The position numbers and the translations under genes were made by a program. From NCBI RefSeq assembly GCF_009914755.1, contig NC_060926.1: a stretch of DNA of 64,000 bases, one strand, 5' to 3'. Below the pieces are notes generated by a model. It saw only the letters and a program-made list of their open reading frames with translations, was not told the DNA's origin and made no database searches. This DNA is from the human T2T-CHM13v2.0 reference genome, Homo sapiens. Shown here one piece after another: positions 27,986 to 42,742 of this stretch (within the stretch, counting starts at the first letter, position 1; every line of letters begins with the position of its first letter).

Positions 27986-29596
27986 TTAAGCATTGTCTTT
28001 ATTCAAGCATATGATGAAGTCTCAAAATAACAGGGCTCAATATAGTCACTTAGAGATTGAAATGACACAAATTTCTTTGTCATACGAAATTGACCGAAGA
28101 GACTGAAATGATACAAATTCCTTTGTCATGTGTTTTCTAAATTTGTATAAAATTTACTCACAGGTTTATTAGATGATCATAAACAGAAAGATGTGAGTTC
28201 AGCCTTCCTGGGCGTCCTGGGACCTGATGGGGGTGGGTGATCTCCTTGTATCTGCTCTTCCTTCCCTGAATCGATTGCTCAACTAGCAAAGGTCAGTTGA
28301 TTGCGGGCTGGTTGGCACGCTTAGGGAACAAAGGTCAGTCCCGCAGTGAGGGACAAGGCTGTCCCCCATCTCATCCTGGGTGCCTTACATCTGATGAAAC
28401 CTCCCGTATGTGGTTCTTAGAATGCAGAGAGGTCTCTGTAGAGTGCAGGGCAGTTCCCTCGCGGATGTGTTACGGTATCCCTTGATTGATCGTGTCGAGA
28501 ATAGAAAGACGGTGAGCACAGGCAGCATCCCTGGTATCTGAAGAGAGCCTGGGAGACAGAACTAAGCTAGCTCATTTCCATAATTTCCAAAACTCATGGT
28601 CCTCTTATACTAAATTGACTCCATTTCTGTTTTCTGTCTTGGGACATTTACACCATTGCTGGTATATTTTGGATCTCCTGGGACAACAGAAAGTGCTAGT
28701 GGTTGTGTTTGGCCTTGTTGATGGGAAGAAGCCAGGAGAGCCTGGATAGGACTCCCCGGTCCTTCTGCCTGGGAGGGAGGAGCAACAGGTCTTGGGCAGG
28801 GCCTGGTGTAAGCGTGGTGGCAAAGGTGAATGACCCTCCAGTCTGGCCTTCCTTGAGGTCATATGGAGCAGGCAGTGCTCTGAGGCAGGGAGTTTCAGAA
28901 CCCGGGTTCAGATGTCACAGCTCTCATTCCTGGCTTGGGACATCTAGCTGGGCACATAAACTTCTTGTGCTTCCCCTGGAAAGAGGGGTCATGATACCCT
29001 TAAAAAGCAAAAAGAAACCCCCCCAAAAAAACAAAAAAAAAACATATGGTTACTTTATTTCTCCTTGGCTGGGGTTAGCCAGGGATGGGATACAGTTGTT
29101 GTAGCGAGAGCTCATGGGAAATGCTCCCAGGCCGGGGACTTCGTCAGGGACACGTATCCAGGGCCAGTATGAGTGAGGACAGAGGACAAGAAAAATATGA
29201 AGTCAGGGTCAGCCCTGCAGGCTCTGTAGGGAGTCCCGCCCTGGGTTTGGGAGATACAGGTGCACAGGTGAGTGTGTCACACCCATCAGAGGGGAGGGAG
29301 GGAGGGTGGTGCTGTTAAAGGGCAGTAGTAACCAGAATGAAGGAAGTGACTGCTTGTCCCACTTCGAGAAAATGAAAATGCTTCAGTGTCCAGAGACCAC
29401 CACCAGGGACAAGACTTCAAGTTTTCTCCACCCACTTGGTCCTCCCAGGGTCCTTGGGAAAGCAGAGAGGGCATCAGCCCCATCTCAAGACAGGCATAGA
29501 ATACTGTTCACCTCATTCTCATCTTCTCCCATGCTGTGGATGAGCTGTGTTTTCTTCCTCTCCAGCACGACCAGGATCTTCTCCTTGAGGAAGTTA

Positions 29597-29740
29597 TTTC
29601 ACTCATTCATTCAGTGTTTATTGAGCACCTAGAATGTTCCAGAAACAGGGCCGTTGTATGAGCAAATGCAGACTTGCCCCAGCCCTCATGGGACGCACAG
29701 ACAGGGGCAGACGGATGCTTGTTGGGTGATCACACGTTGT
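29597..29740 (-). mobile_element. L2 3'-end remnant
   Basis: ttcactcattcattcagtgtttattgagcacctag. Confidence 0.55.
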
Positions 29741-32037
29741 GAAGCCCAGCAGCGGGGGTGTGAGGGGAGGCAAAGGTGCCTCGAGAGAGCTGGGATCCAG
29801 AGGTTTGACGGCCAGAGCTTGGGCCACACCCAAGCAGAGTGACTCCACCTAGTGAAGCCAACAGATCTGGGTCATCCAGGCCCCAAAATCTCACTGGGAA
29901 CCTGGTGAAGCCATCACGTTTCTGAAACATCCATCAGGAATGTCCCAAGGGCAGCCTGGGTCCATATCTTCCCTCGTGTACTCAGAGAAGACAGGAGCAA
30001 TGAACTCAGATCTCTGCCCATTTGGACTAGAAAAACAACACTATTTTGACTCATGTTTTTTGTTGCACAAAGAGGCAGGGGCAGGGACCAGGTGGAAAAA
30101 CGGGTCTTGAATTACAAACACCAGAGTTCAAAGATAAGTCATTCAGGCTAAAGTAAATATTATTGGATTTAAAACCAAAAACCGTCACCCTAGTGGTGGA
30201 CTGTGCTATCATTTAAATGTGAAGGAAAATTACCCTTAAAATGGGTGTTTTCTGAGCAGTGTTTGCTGTTTGTTTGTGTCTCAAGAAGGACCTCGCAAGG
30301 ATGTTGCTTCGGTGATCCCTTTTTCCATCCAAGTCTGGTGTTGCCTGGCTGGGTGTTGAGGACAGGTTCCTTTTGTACCTGGGCCCTTGAGTAGGGTCTC
30401 TCTGGGTACGTGAACAGGTGCCACATATTCTTTCTTTAGGAAAATGGCAGGCAGCTGGAACATGGAAAACTTAGCGTTTTAGCCTCACCAGGCATCGTGT
30501 GTACAGGAGCCTAGATAGCAAACTCCTTTAGACACAGTGTTAGAAAGTTGGAATTAATAAAATATTTAATGTGCTCCTTGAAGCATTTGTTTTTGAAAGG
30601 AAACTTGACGTAAACTAAACTTCCACAGACGTGTTTTAGAAGTGACTGTTTCCAGTAGATTTTCAATGATGTCTGTATACACTCAGCTGTGGCTGTAAAA
30701 TACAACACACATACTTTGTAAACCTGTTAGTGTGACGTTTTCACCCTGACCTGAAATGTTTAGTATCACTCAGAATACGAGAGTCATGAAGCTAACAGGC
30801 TGCAATGTGTTCGGCGCTGTCGCCCTTCCCGTGCAGGAGGCCACTGTCTGCGGGGTCCGGTGCTTTCCCGTCCTGGGCTAAGGTGGGTGGGCAGAGCAGC
30901 CTGGACCGTCTGCAGCCACCATGTCCTCTGGACCCCTCTCTGCACCATGCCCACCTCCTCCAGGCCCCCACACCATGCCATGCAGTGGCCGTGACAGTGT
31001 TTAGAATCCTTTCTTGTCTTCCATTTCTTCATCATTTTAGGGAGGAAGTGCTGTGCTTTATGTCAAGATGAAACACAACATCTGATTCCTTACCTGGCTC
31101 TGCTAGGGCTTAGGAAAGGGGGCTTGGTTAAGGTGGACTCTGCTGCCTGCGGCTTCTGTCCGGGCCCGGCCCCTGCAGCTGTGACACACTGCCATCTGGT
31201 GGACACGAGTGGGGCTGCGTGGCTTTCCACGGGGCTGAATAGCCTTCCTGTGTTTGAGGAAAGCTGACAAATCCTTTTTCATTCGGAAGACACACAAAAT
31301 GAAATTTACTCTACTATGTAAAATAGAGATAGGTTAGACGTTCATTTGCCATCACCTTTCAACAAGAGCTTAATTTTTAGTTTTTCTCTGCATGGTCTCT
31401 ACTTAAAAATATGCCCAGATTTTATTTTGAGTCCGTTGTGTTCTTCGGAGCAAGGACTTTTTTAAAATGATAAAAACAGCAAACTATGGTTTTTGGGGTT
31501 TTTTCCCTTATTTGATATTTTACAAATTATAAAAACAAATGATGTAGACGGTTACAAGCAAAACCATGCAGAACAAAGATGTGTTAAAGCCCTGCCCCCC
31601 CAAAATCAAGGTTTGTGGACCCCGTGTGTTTTCTTTCTCAGCTTTCTTGCAAGAAATACCAGAAAGAAAAAAGGGCTTGGGTGGGCCCTTCTTTTACGGT
31701 CTCAGATATCTTTGTAGGTAAACGAATGCATTCCTGGAGCTTCATTTATTTCTCCACAGTATTTATCCATTGCTGACCAGCAGCCAGAAAACATACGTTT
31801 TACACCGTGGAGCAAACATGCCACAGGCTTTTCAGTGGTAGTTTGGCAGTCTATTAAACTGGATTTTCATATCCCACCAAGAGTTAAACTAGCCTCTTTA
31901 TTTTCATCTTATTAATATTTGTTCAGCAAACTAACTTACTCTAAGGAATAAAAGGCTTTGGGCCCAGGAGATTTAATGAATTTATTCTCCAGCACGCTAA
32001 GTGCTAGATAGATAGTTCACATTTCCTTGTTCTTTGA

Positions 32038-32357
<320 letters not shown>

Positions 32358-32505
32358 CTTGAAATTTTGATTTGAAAAATATTTCAGGAATATTTTTCTT
32401 TCCATGTGAAGTTGAGAACCACACTTGAATTGCTCCAATCATCCTCACAACTCAACATGGCTGCAGGGCTTCTGGGGCTCTGCCAAATGAGATGGTGCCC
32501 ATCTG

Positions 32506-32580
32506 ATCAGAGTCTGCCTTCGTATCTGTCCCATCGGAGTCTGCCTTGGTACTCATCTTATCGGAGTCTGCCTTGGTGCC
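32506..32580. repeat. Short tandem repeat, about 2.8 x 27 bp (ATCGGAGTCTGCCTTGGT core)
   Basis: Units start at 32506, 32533 and 32560. Confidence 0.85.
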
Positions 32581-34363
32581 TCCAAGTACACAGTTAGGCT
32601 GATGTGGCATGCACATCCGAAAAAATAACTCTAGATGTGCATTTCGACACATCAGCAAATGCAGATGGTATGGGCTGCAGATGGTATGGGCCACAGCTGG
32701 AGAGAGCCGTCTTCACTGCGGTATAGCTGGGCTGCACCCAACGTGAGAATGGACATCAGGGCAGAGAGCCGTAAGCAGCTGGGATTGTGGAAAGCGCCCG
32801 TGAACACATGGTCTTGGACAGGGCCTCAGGTGGGTCCTTAGCAGCTGTGGCTAAGTGGGCAGAGGGACCACCCCACCACCACCCTGCCCAAAGGGCTTAT
32901 TTAGCAAAGAGGGGAGAGAGGCCAGCCTGCCCCTGACTGCATCCCACTGGCCTGAGGGATGTGGCCTCTCTGCCCCCATTTCCACTCCTGCTCTTGGGAC
33001 ACAGGAGACTGGTTAGATGAGAGTAGAAAGTTTATTTTTGAACACCCAGGTGTGGGGTGGCTGGGCGAGACCATCTGATGGCTTTGGGAGCCAGGCCGCA
33101 GGGTTTAGCTTGGATCTGTTGAGTAGGAGACCCTTAAACATGGCCACCCTGAGCTAAGAGCTGGTCTTGGATTTTGCTTTCTTTTGGATTAACCGAGTAT
33201 TTTGTGGGATTCCATTTGATCCCTTAACTGGCTGACCAGCTATAACTCCTGGTTATGTTGTTTTAGTGTTGCTCCAGGTGTCGTTGGAGGAGAAGTTGAA
33301 GGTACAAGGAGTTTGCAGGAGGGAAGGTGGCAGTTAATGAGCCTTCCTGGTGGGACCGGATGGTGAGGGCAGGGGCATCTGGCCCAGCGTGGACTCGGGC
33401 CATAGATGGGAAGTGGTCATTTGGAGGTCACCATCTCTCTGACACCCTGACCATAGCACCTGCACCCCTGTGCTGAGCTGCAGGTCCCCGGCACCAGCGT
33501 CTGTGCAGCTCAGGTGTTGCTGAGCCGTGGCCTCCGCAGCTCTCCATCAGGATTTCTCAAGCTTCATTATGAATTATCTCTGTGTGAGCTCACAACGGTG
33601 ACTGCAGAGTCCCAGGTCATCTCTCAGATCTTCTGAATCAAACATATGGTCTGCAGTTGCCGCGCATGTCTTTGGCCGATTTTCTGACAATCAAAGTGAA
33701 GAAGTTCTGAGCTACGGGAAGTTGGGTTGAAGGCATGATGGGGAAAACATGATTAGTTGACAGCTTTTCCCAGAGAGTTTTTAGACAAACTCAACCTTGG
33801 TAACCTTCTCAGTGGGCTTATGATAAGAACCTTCAATGTGCCAAAAAATAAAAAAAGCAGCACTCCAGGTAGTTAATCTTTGTTTAAAAAACCCTTCCCC
33901 CCACCCAGTCCTGCAAACAAACAAACAAACAAAAAAAGGAGAAAAAAAGAAACCTGTCTTTTGTTGGATGCTGAGCCGAGAAAGAAGTAACACCACTGCC
34001 GGCCTCTGCCTCTTGTCCCGAGACACCCTCATGGTGCAGGGCTCTCTCCAGGGTCCGTTCCTCATGTGCACCCTCTCTTGTAGTTCCACAGCCCGCTGTG
34101 GGTCCCACTGAGACTCCTACCTGAGGACAGGAGAAGAGGGTCCTCAGGGACGTCCAAATGAGGACAAGAGAAGAAGGGGCCTCACAGACATCCAAATAGG
34201 AGAAGTGTGAAAAGCTAAATTTGGAGTGTCCCATTTTTCTGCTTCTAAATTACAAAGGAAGCAAATGTTTTGTTTTGTTTTGTTTATCATTCATAGCCCC
34301 ATCTTCATGTTATCCATTTAATGCTTTTAAAGTATTTAATATTTTGTCTGTTTTCGTCTACAG

Positions 34364-34399
34364 GTAGAAGAGAGACCAGAAAAAGATTTTACTGAGAAG
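34364..34399 (+). CDS. LRRFIP1: 36-nt exon VEERPEKDFTEK
   Basis: tcgtctacag|GTAGAA...GAGAAG|gtaagg. Confidence 0.95.
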
Positions 34400-34803
34400 G
34401 TAAGGAATCGTTCATAAACCTAGAGGGTCCCAAAAGTTGTGGATGAAATTGATAAGAAAATATGTTGCTTGGTTTTTTTTAATAAGGATGTTCCCCAGCG
34501 AGGGAACTGGACTAGAAAGCGGCCCACCTAACCTGGTATCACCTTCCCGGAGGTAGGCCACCGGGAGTCCTGTCCGGTGTGCGTTAGATCCTGTAGAGCA
34601 GGGAGGCGTTTATAATGGGCCCCACCATGGAGTTTAGGGTTAATCCAGCTAATCGCAGAGCATCCAGGAGGTGCCTGGAAATGATCCCCTCCTTACAGTT
34701 TACTATAAGCCCATGAAGAGTTTCCAATTTGGAAATGGAATTAAAGTAACAGTCCTGTGATGTTAGATTTATATGCAGTTTTGGTTTTGTCTGAAATCGC
34801 ATC

Positions 34804-35173
34804 TGTGTTAGTCCGTTCTCACACTGCCATAAAGAACTTCCCTGAGACTGGGTAATTTACAAAGAAAAGAGCTTTAATTGACTCACAGTTCCGCATGGCT
34901 GGGGAGACCTCAGGAAACTTACAATCATGGTGAAAAGGGAAGCAGGCACCTTCTTCACAAGGCGACAGGAGAGAGAACATGTGAAGGAGGAACTGTCAAA
35001 CACAAAGCCATCAGATCTCCTGGGAGCCCACTCACTATCACGAGAACAGCATGGGGGAAACTGCCCCCGTGATCCAGTCTCCTCCCACCAGGGCCGTCCC
35101 TCATCTTGTGGGGATTATGGGGATTACAATTCCAGATGAGATTTGGGTGGGGACACAGAGCTAAACCATATCA
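34804..35173 (-). mobile_element. THE1-family (THE1D-like) MaLR solo LTR
   Basis: tgtgttagtccgttctcacactg...ctaaaccatatca; 5-bp target-site duplication gcatc/gcatg. Confidence 0.9.
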
Positions 35174-35198
35174 GCATGTGATCCTCTCAACGTTCCAG

Positions 35199-35324
35199 GG
35201 GTCTCGTAACATGCCGGGCCTGTCTGCAGCCACGCTGGCCTCTCTGGGTGGGACTTCCTCTCGGAGAGGCAGCGGAGACACCTCCATCTCCATCGACACC
35301 GAGGCATCCATCAGGGAAATCAAG
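35199..35324 (+). CDS. LRRFIP1: 126-nt exon [42 protein letters not shown]
   Basis: cgttccag|GGGTCT...ATCAAG|gtgaga; family motif [10 protein letters not shown]. Confidence 0.96.
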
Positions 35325-36289
35325 GTGAGATGCTCTCTTCTTACTGACAACTTGAGAGAACCTTTTGTAAAAATCAGTCTTTAGATTAAAAAAAAAAAAG
35401 TTAATTCATAAAGTTCTGGATCTTTCTTCTTGGTCCTCTCTCCCTCACCTCCCCTAAAATACGGTGTTCTCCTAACATCAAGACCCAGCTCAGATAGTGT
35501 CTCCTGCAGGAATCTGATCCTACCCACTGACCCCCCAGCAGGGCGGACCGTGTGCCGGCCCCCTGCGCCCCTCAGCACCCGGGGAATACCTTAGTGAGAG
35601 CACTTGGCACGTTGTGTTGATGCACTTGGTCGTCTCTGTATGCTTGGTCTGCATAGACATTCAGTCCACAAGTTTGGACACCAGACGGCTTTACCTACTT
35701 TCACACAACCCCTCCCCACTAAGTATGTTCCCCTTCGGCCTAGAACTTGCCCTTTCCTTTCTCTTTGTAATGTGCCTTTAGTAGCCCTCATCTTTGTATT
35801 TTAATGATTTTTTTTATCCCACTGTAGTGTAGGTATTATTCTCTGCTCTATCCTCAGCACCCAGGACAGTGCCAGGCATTTGGTAGTATTCTGTGTGTGA
35901 AAGAGAAACACGGTGCTATTTGTTAAAGTAACTAGGGACAGTGCATCTGAAAACCTGAAGACTGGAAGGGCAGGTGAGGTGACTAGACCTGTGTCCTCCA
36001 GGGAGCAGAACCAAGACAGAAGCAGCTGAAAGGAGCCAGAACTGACTCAGATTCTGAATTTTCTAGTGCTTTAAACTAGGTTTAAAAGGGAAGCAACTTC
36101 CACTGGGGATGTCTGAGCAGCTGGATGGCCGTTTGCCAGGGAGGACGGAGAGGGATTTAAGCATCCACCAGAGTTTGGCCAGGGTTACCTTGAAGATGCT
36201 TCCAACACCTATGTTTTATAAGTTTACAAAACCAGAAGAGCCATTTCCCATGTGCCACCCCTGGGCCACCTGCAGCTCCTTGTTGCTTC

Positions 36290-36634
36290 CCTTTTTTTTT
36301 CCTTTTTCTTTTCTTTTCTTTCTTTCTTTTTTTTTTTTTTTTTTTTTTTTTGGAGACAAGAGTTTTGCTTTTGTCACCCATGCTGGAGTTCAATGGCACG
36401 ATCTCGGCTCACTGCAACCTCCACCTCCCAGGTTCAAGTGATTCTCCAGCCTCAGCCTCCTGAGTAGCTGGGATTACAGGCGCCCGCCACCATGCCCGGC
36501 TAACTTTTGTATTTTTAGTGGAGACGGGGTTTCGCCATGTTGGCCAGGCTGGTCTTGAACTCCTGACCTCAGGTGATCCACCCACTCGGCCTCCCAAAGT
36601 GCTGGGATTCCAGGCGTGAGCCGCTGCGCCTGGC
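36290..36634 (-). mobile_element. Alu
   Basis: Long T-rich tail then antisense Alu. Confidence 0.95.
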
Positions 36635-37199
36635 CTGTTGTTTCCGTTTCTACAGCAGAGCAGCAGAGTTGGCGGCAGTCCTGATGTTTCTCTGCCCTTA
36701 GGTTGCGCGTGCCGTTCATTTGTTCAGGTACTTACTGAGAGGCTGGCTGGTGCCAGATGCTGTCCCCGGCACCAGGAATTTGGCAAAGTAGAGACTTGGA
36801 GCTCCATAAATGCAGGGAAAAAGTGCTACTGATTTTTGCCTCTAGCATCTTACTGTACATTGCACAGAGTAGGAACTCCTAGTGCTTGAATGAATTACTA
36901 AATAGGAGTTGAAATAACCTGTACCGTTTTCCGAGGCTCTATTTTGTCTGTTTTTTAAACTGTGTAAAATCATATGAGATACACTAAAATTGTATAAAAT
37001 CATGTAAAAATATCATATGGGATACACCTGAACTTTAATCTTTAAATATTGAAGTTTATTTTCCCTTAACGCTTAATAAAATAAAAAAGAAAATTGGGTG
37101 CTCAGACTACCCAAATAGAAACTACCCTGAAGTATAAAAGATTTAGGGAATCACCTGTTTTCCCTTGACATCATCTGCCTTTTTTGCCATTTCCCCCAG

Positions 37200-37271
37200 G
37201 AACTCAATGAGTTAAAGGACCAGATTCAGGATGTAGAAGGCAAATACATGCAGGGATTGAAAGAGATGAAG
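37200..37271 (+). CDS. LRRFIP1: 72-nt cassette exon [24 protein letters not shown]
   Basis: ttcccccag|GAACTC...ATGAAG|gtacca; coiled-coil-like. Confidence 0.94.
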
Positions 37272-38124
37272 GTACCAATTCACAGACGTGTGGTCTCACG
37301 ATATTAACCCAACTTAACTTAAAAAAAAAAACAACATCCTAAAGAAGAAATTCAAAGTGCATGCTTACTGTAAATAGGCTCCAGGGTGTAGAAGAACTCA
37401 CAATGGCAGGAGTGCCGGCATGGGTGTACACTCACCATTTTCCCAAATGCATTGTTTGAACCAAGATTGAAAATGTAACTGCCCAGTAGAAAAGGTTACT
37501 AACATACTCCCTGATGCATGCCTTAGACTTACCATCCTTCCCCCAGGCTTAAAACCAGTTTCTCATTTCCCATAGGCGTGTGCCAGACACTTGAAGAAGG
37601 TTCTTGGTTTTCTTCACTTTTTGTAGTAGTTGTATACAAAAATGCTTCAGTTGATTTGCTTCTCAAAATATCTGATGTCTACTAATAAGGCCGTCCTCAC
37701 ATGCCACACTTTTGAAACATCCCAATTATTTGCACCCTGTAAAATGCTACTAATTGAAGTAAAGACTGACTATGGCATTGGCTTTCTTGGAGCGTGTGCA
37801 CACTGCTTTTAGAGTGTGCAGTGACTTCATTGCACCAGCCAGGAGATGTGGTTGCCCTGTTCCTTGACAGTAAGGTGGGCAATCAGTGACTGTCTTCCTT
37901 AGGCAGCAGCGGATCATGGATCTGGAAGTGGGTGGCGTATCTGTTACTTCCTTTTCAGCCCCCTAGAAAGTACCTGCAAGATCATTTGAATTTAATATCA
38001 AAGGGCACCAGACAGAGGAGGTGACATCGATCATGACTAATTCACTATCTTCATATCTGCCACCTTTCCTGAAAGGGGGAAAAATAAGACTCTGGCTTTC
38101 AATTCATGCGAAAAGGAGCCACTT

Positions 38125-38497
<373 letters not shown>

Positions 38498-39308
38498 CTA
38501 GACCAGCACTGGTCCCTCCAGCCCCCTGGTAGCCTCTGCTGCACCTGAACTGGCAGCTCTTGCCGCTGCCTTTAGCTCTGCATGTATGCGCCCTGAAGGT
38601 TCTGCCTCTCTGTTTTGGAATCGCCTTCCCCTCCTCATGTTTGGGGACCTGCAAGGGTGTGAGGCACGTGAGGGCATCGCCATGCGTATTTTACAGGCCT
38701 CTTTCTCTGGACTGTCCTTCAAAGGGAATGACCTTTGTCTTTCCAGGACCTACCCAGTGAGATCTGCCTGCCATTTTCCTATGAGTCAAAAATCTGAACT
38801 CACTACTGCTCCTTTCCTGGTTCATAAGCCAGAGTAGGGCTGGTTGGCAGTCACTGGCTTGTGGCCCTATGTAATTATCTCAGCCATCACACACTGGCTC
38901 TTTCACAAGGGCTGGTCACACGCCTCGAGTGATTCTTCAGAAATCTGTTGAACAGCCTGACACCCAGCCCTAGGACGCCGTGCTGGGGGGATTCCCCAGC
39001 TACTGAGTGGGGCCAGAGACTCTACTGCCTCTGTGACCACATCCCTTTCCATACTGGTATCTCGTTTGTTCTAATGAGTGTGTCCATTGCTTTTAATAGT
39101 GAATTTTCTGAGCAATGAGAATTTGACCAAATTGAAAAGGGGGATTTCCATGCATTTGAAATTGCCATGTGTTTCTTCTTCTGATCCATTTGCTCTAAGA
39201 AATATAGTCTAAGTTTAGGACTGAGGGTTTTTTTTTAACAGAATACTGAATGATTCTTTGTTTTGATTTTTTTATTGCAATTTCAAAAATATGACCTGCT
39301 TTCCACAG

Positions 39309-39479
39309 GACTCTCTAGCAGAAGTTGAAGAGAAATATAAGAAGGCTATGGTTTCCAATGCTCAGCTAGACAATGAAAAGACAAACTTCATGTACCAGGT
39401 TGATACCCTAAAAGATATGTTGCTGGAGCTTGAAGAACAGCTGGCTGAATCTAGGCGGCAGTACGAAGAGAAAAACAAA
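39309..39479 (+). CDS. LRRFIP1: 171-nt exon [24 protein letters not shown]...QYEEKNK (LRRFIP coiled-coil core)
   Basis: ttccacag|GACTCT...AACAAA|gtaagc; family signature [14 protein letters not shown]. Confidence 0.97.
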
Positions 39480-39512
39480 GTAAGCATTAGTATGATACAG
39501 AATGTTAACAAT

Positions 39513-39898
<386 letters not shown>

Positions 39899-41603
39899 TT
39901 ACATTATGTATTTTTATATTTTTAAACAATGGCTCTCCGCTTATCCAGGAAATCCAAACATCTGAGAATAAAAGTACCATACTCTTTGCCAAGTGACTTG
40001 AAATATTGATACGTATAATTTCAACATGTAAACTGGAGACAGTTTTTCTAGGAGAACATCTAAGCTAAAAGCAAAACCATGAAAAAACATACCTATGAAA
40101 GAGCCACCATGCTCAGATAAGGTGCGATCAGATGCTTCAAGATTTTCCTATTCATATGTATTTTCTGATTTTTATTTTGTTCTCTCTCAACACCATAGGG
40201 AAATAGTTATGAGTATCAAAGATTTTAAGAAAATTATATTATTTTCTGCTGATTGGGAAAAGACACAGTTACTCTACTTAAGAATTAAATATATCACCAA
40301 GCTCAGAGAGAGAGATAGTCTTATCTGAGCTTTCATTAGGAACCACTGGAACTAGTTTGTTAATAGCTGAGATCAGATATAATTTCTATTGAGAGTCTCA
40401 AGCATGAGTCATGTGTTAAGATAAGTAATGACAGCGGACTGATTCCACGAAGGCTGGGCTTGGATGTTCTTTAGATAGAAAGCAAGGAATACTTTTTTCA
40501 TACTTTTAGGAATTGTCCAATTTTTCAGAGATTCTGAGAAAAACAGAAAATGTAATGTGTGAGTGTCGTTGTTGTTGTTGTTTTTAACTGGCTATTATCC
40601 TCTAAATCCAAAGGGTTAAAACCAAGGTACCCTTGACAACCTTCAGGCCTGCTTCTTCGACTGCTATAGAATTGAGTTGGAAGCTGAAGAACATTTTACG
40701 CACAAAGTTCCTTATAGCTGAACTCTGCAAGAGGGGAGCTTTTCACAAGACTGATGTCATGTGGGAACGGAGGAGTGGAGAGCACAGCCCAGCCCCCCTT
40801 CGGGTGGGGGCCTGTAATGCATATGCATTCCTCCTGGAATGCTGTCATTAGGCATCATTCAGTGGACTGAAAACTCCCGAGTCTCACTCCAGAGAAGCTG
40901 GATGGTGCTAGAATGCTGTCCCGAGATGGACACAGGGGCCATGCAAAGCCCCACAGGAGGGCCCTTGTCATAGCCAGGAGGGCACCAGCCACCCCCAAGC
41001 TAAAGGAAGTGGGCGAACAGAAGTGCCAGGGTGAGCAGAAGCTCAGGCCAGATCCCATCTCAGATCACCCGCCTGACAGGTCTAGGGAAGGAGCGTCCTG
41101 CAGGCCTGTAAGCTGTCAGCAAAGTGAGTTGGGTCTCAGGCCGTCACCAGGGATTGCGCTGCTGTGACTGGGCAGGAACACAGCAGAGCCGAGCTGCCAG
41201 CTTCCTGGGCTGAGCCTCAGGTGGGGAGGCCAGGCCTGAGGAGCAGCTAGGTTTTGCAGGCTCTCCATTTGCTCCCCCAAACTCTCCTGTTTTTGTCTCT
41301 TAAGGGGCAGCCCTGAAGCACAGAGCTGGCCACCAGCTGTTCATGAGAGATGCTTTAGTAGGCCATGTTTATCTCCTTTTTATCCCAAAGAGTTTTCCTT
41401 GTCATATTTCAGCAGGGGCCATTTTATGGTAAGTCCTTGCAGGGCAGCCTCACCCAGGCTCTCAGCACAGTGCTGTGGAAGACACCAGGCTCCCTGGGGG
41501 GGCCCTTCGTCGGCTCTTGCTTCACTGTAGATAAGAAATCAGAAAATCCTTGTTGATTGCATCAACTCCTCAGGTTAATTTGACAGTAAGTCATCAGGCA
41601 TCA

Positions 41604-42187
<584 letters not shown>

Positions 42188-42251
42188 GTAGGTAGCATTC
42201 TCCTGCTTTTCTTTTCCTTTTTTCCCTTTGGAGCATTTTGTCAGGCCATGA

Positions 42252-42613
42252 CTATCTTAGCTTAGGCTGCAGTAATAAAATACCATACACAGCATGGCTT
42301 AAACAACAGAAATTAATTTTCTTACAATTCTGGAGGCTGGGAGTCCAAGATCAAGGTTGGGTTCAGGTGAGGCCTCTCTTCCTGGCCTGCAGACAGCCAC
42401 CTTCTTGCTATATCCTTCCTCCAACGGTGGAGAAAAAGCAATGTCTCTGATGTCTCTTCATATAAGGACACTAATCCTATTTGATCAGGACCCCACTCTT
42501 ATGACCTCATTTAACCTTAATTACTTCGTAAAAACCCTATCTCCAAATACAGTCACATTGGGCATTAGGGCTTCAACAGATGAATTTAGAGGGACACAAT
42601 TCATTCCATGGCA
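42252..42613 (-). mobile_element. MLT1-family MaLR LTR
   Basis: ggcttaaacaacagaaatt...tctggaggctgggagtccaagatcaagg...gggacacaattca. Confidence 0.8.
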
Positions 42614-42742
42614 ATTACTAAAGTTTTCAGTTTTCTTAAATCTGAGAGTTTAGGCTAACTCTCCATCCCTAGATTTACGAAACAGTCCCTCTCATTGGTG
42701 AACATTCCTATTCTTTGGTGATCTTGTATTTGTTTGGGGAGG

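Noticed and set aside
32506-32580. Constant core plus variable linker as a mini-CRISPR
   Set aside because: Linkers are only 9 nt and there are under three units; it fits a decayed tandem repeat.
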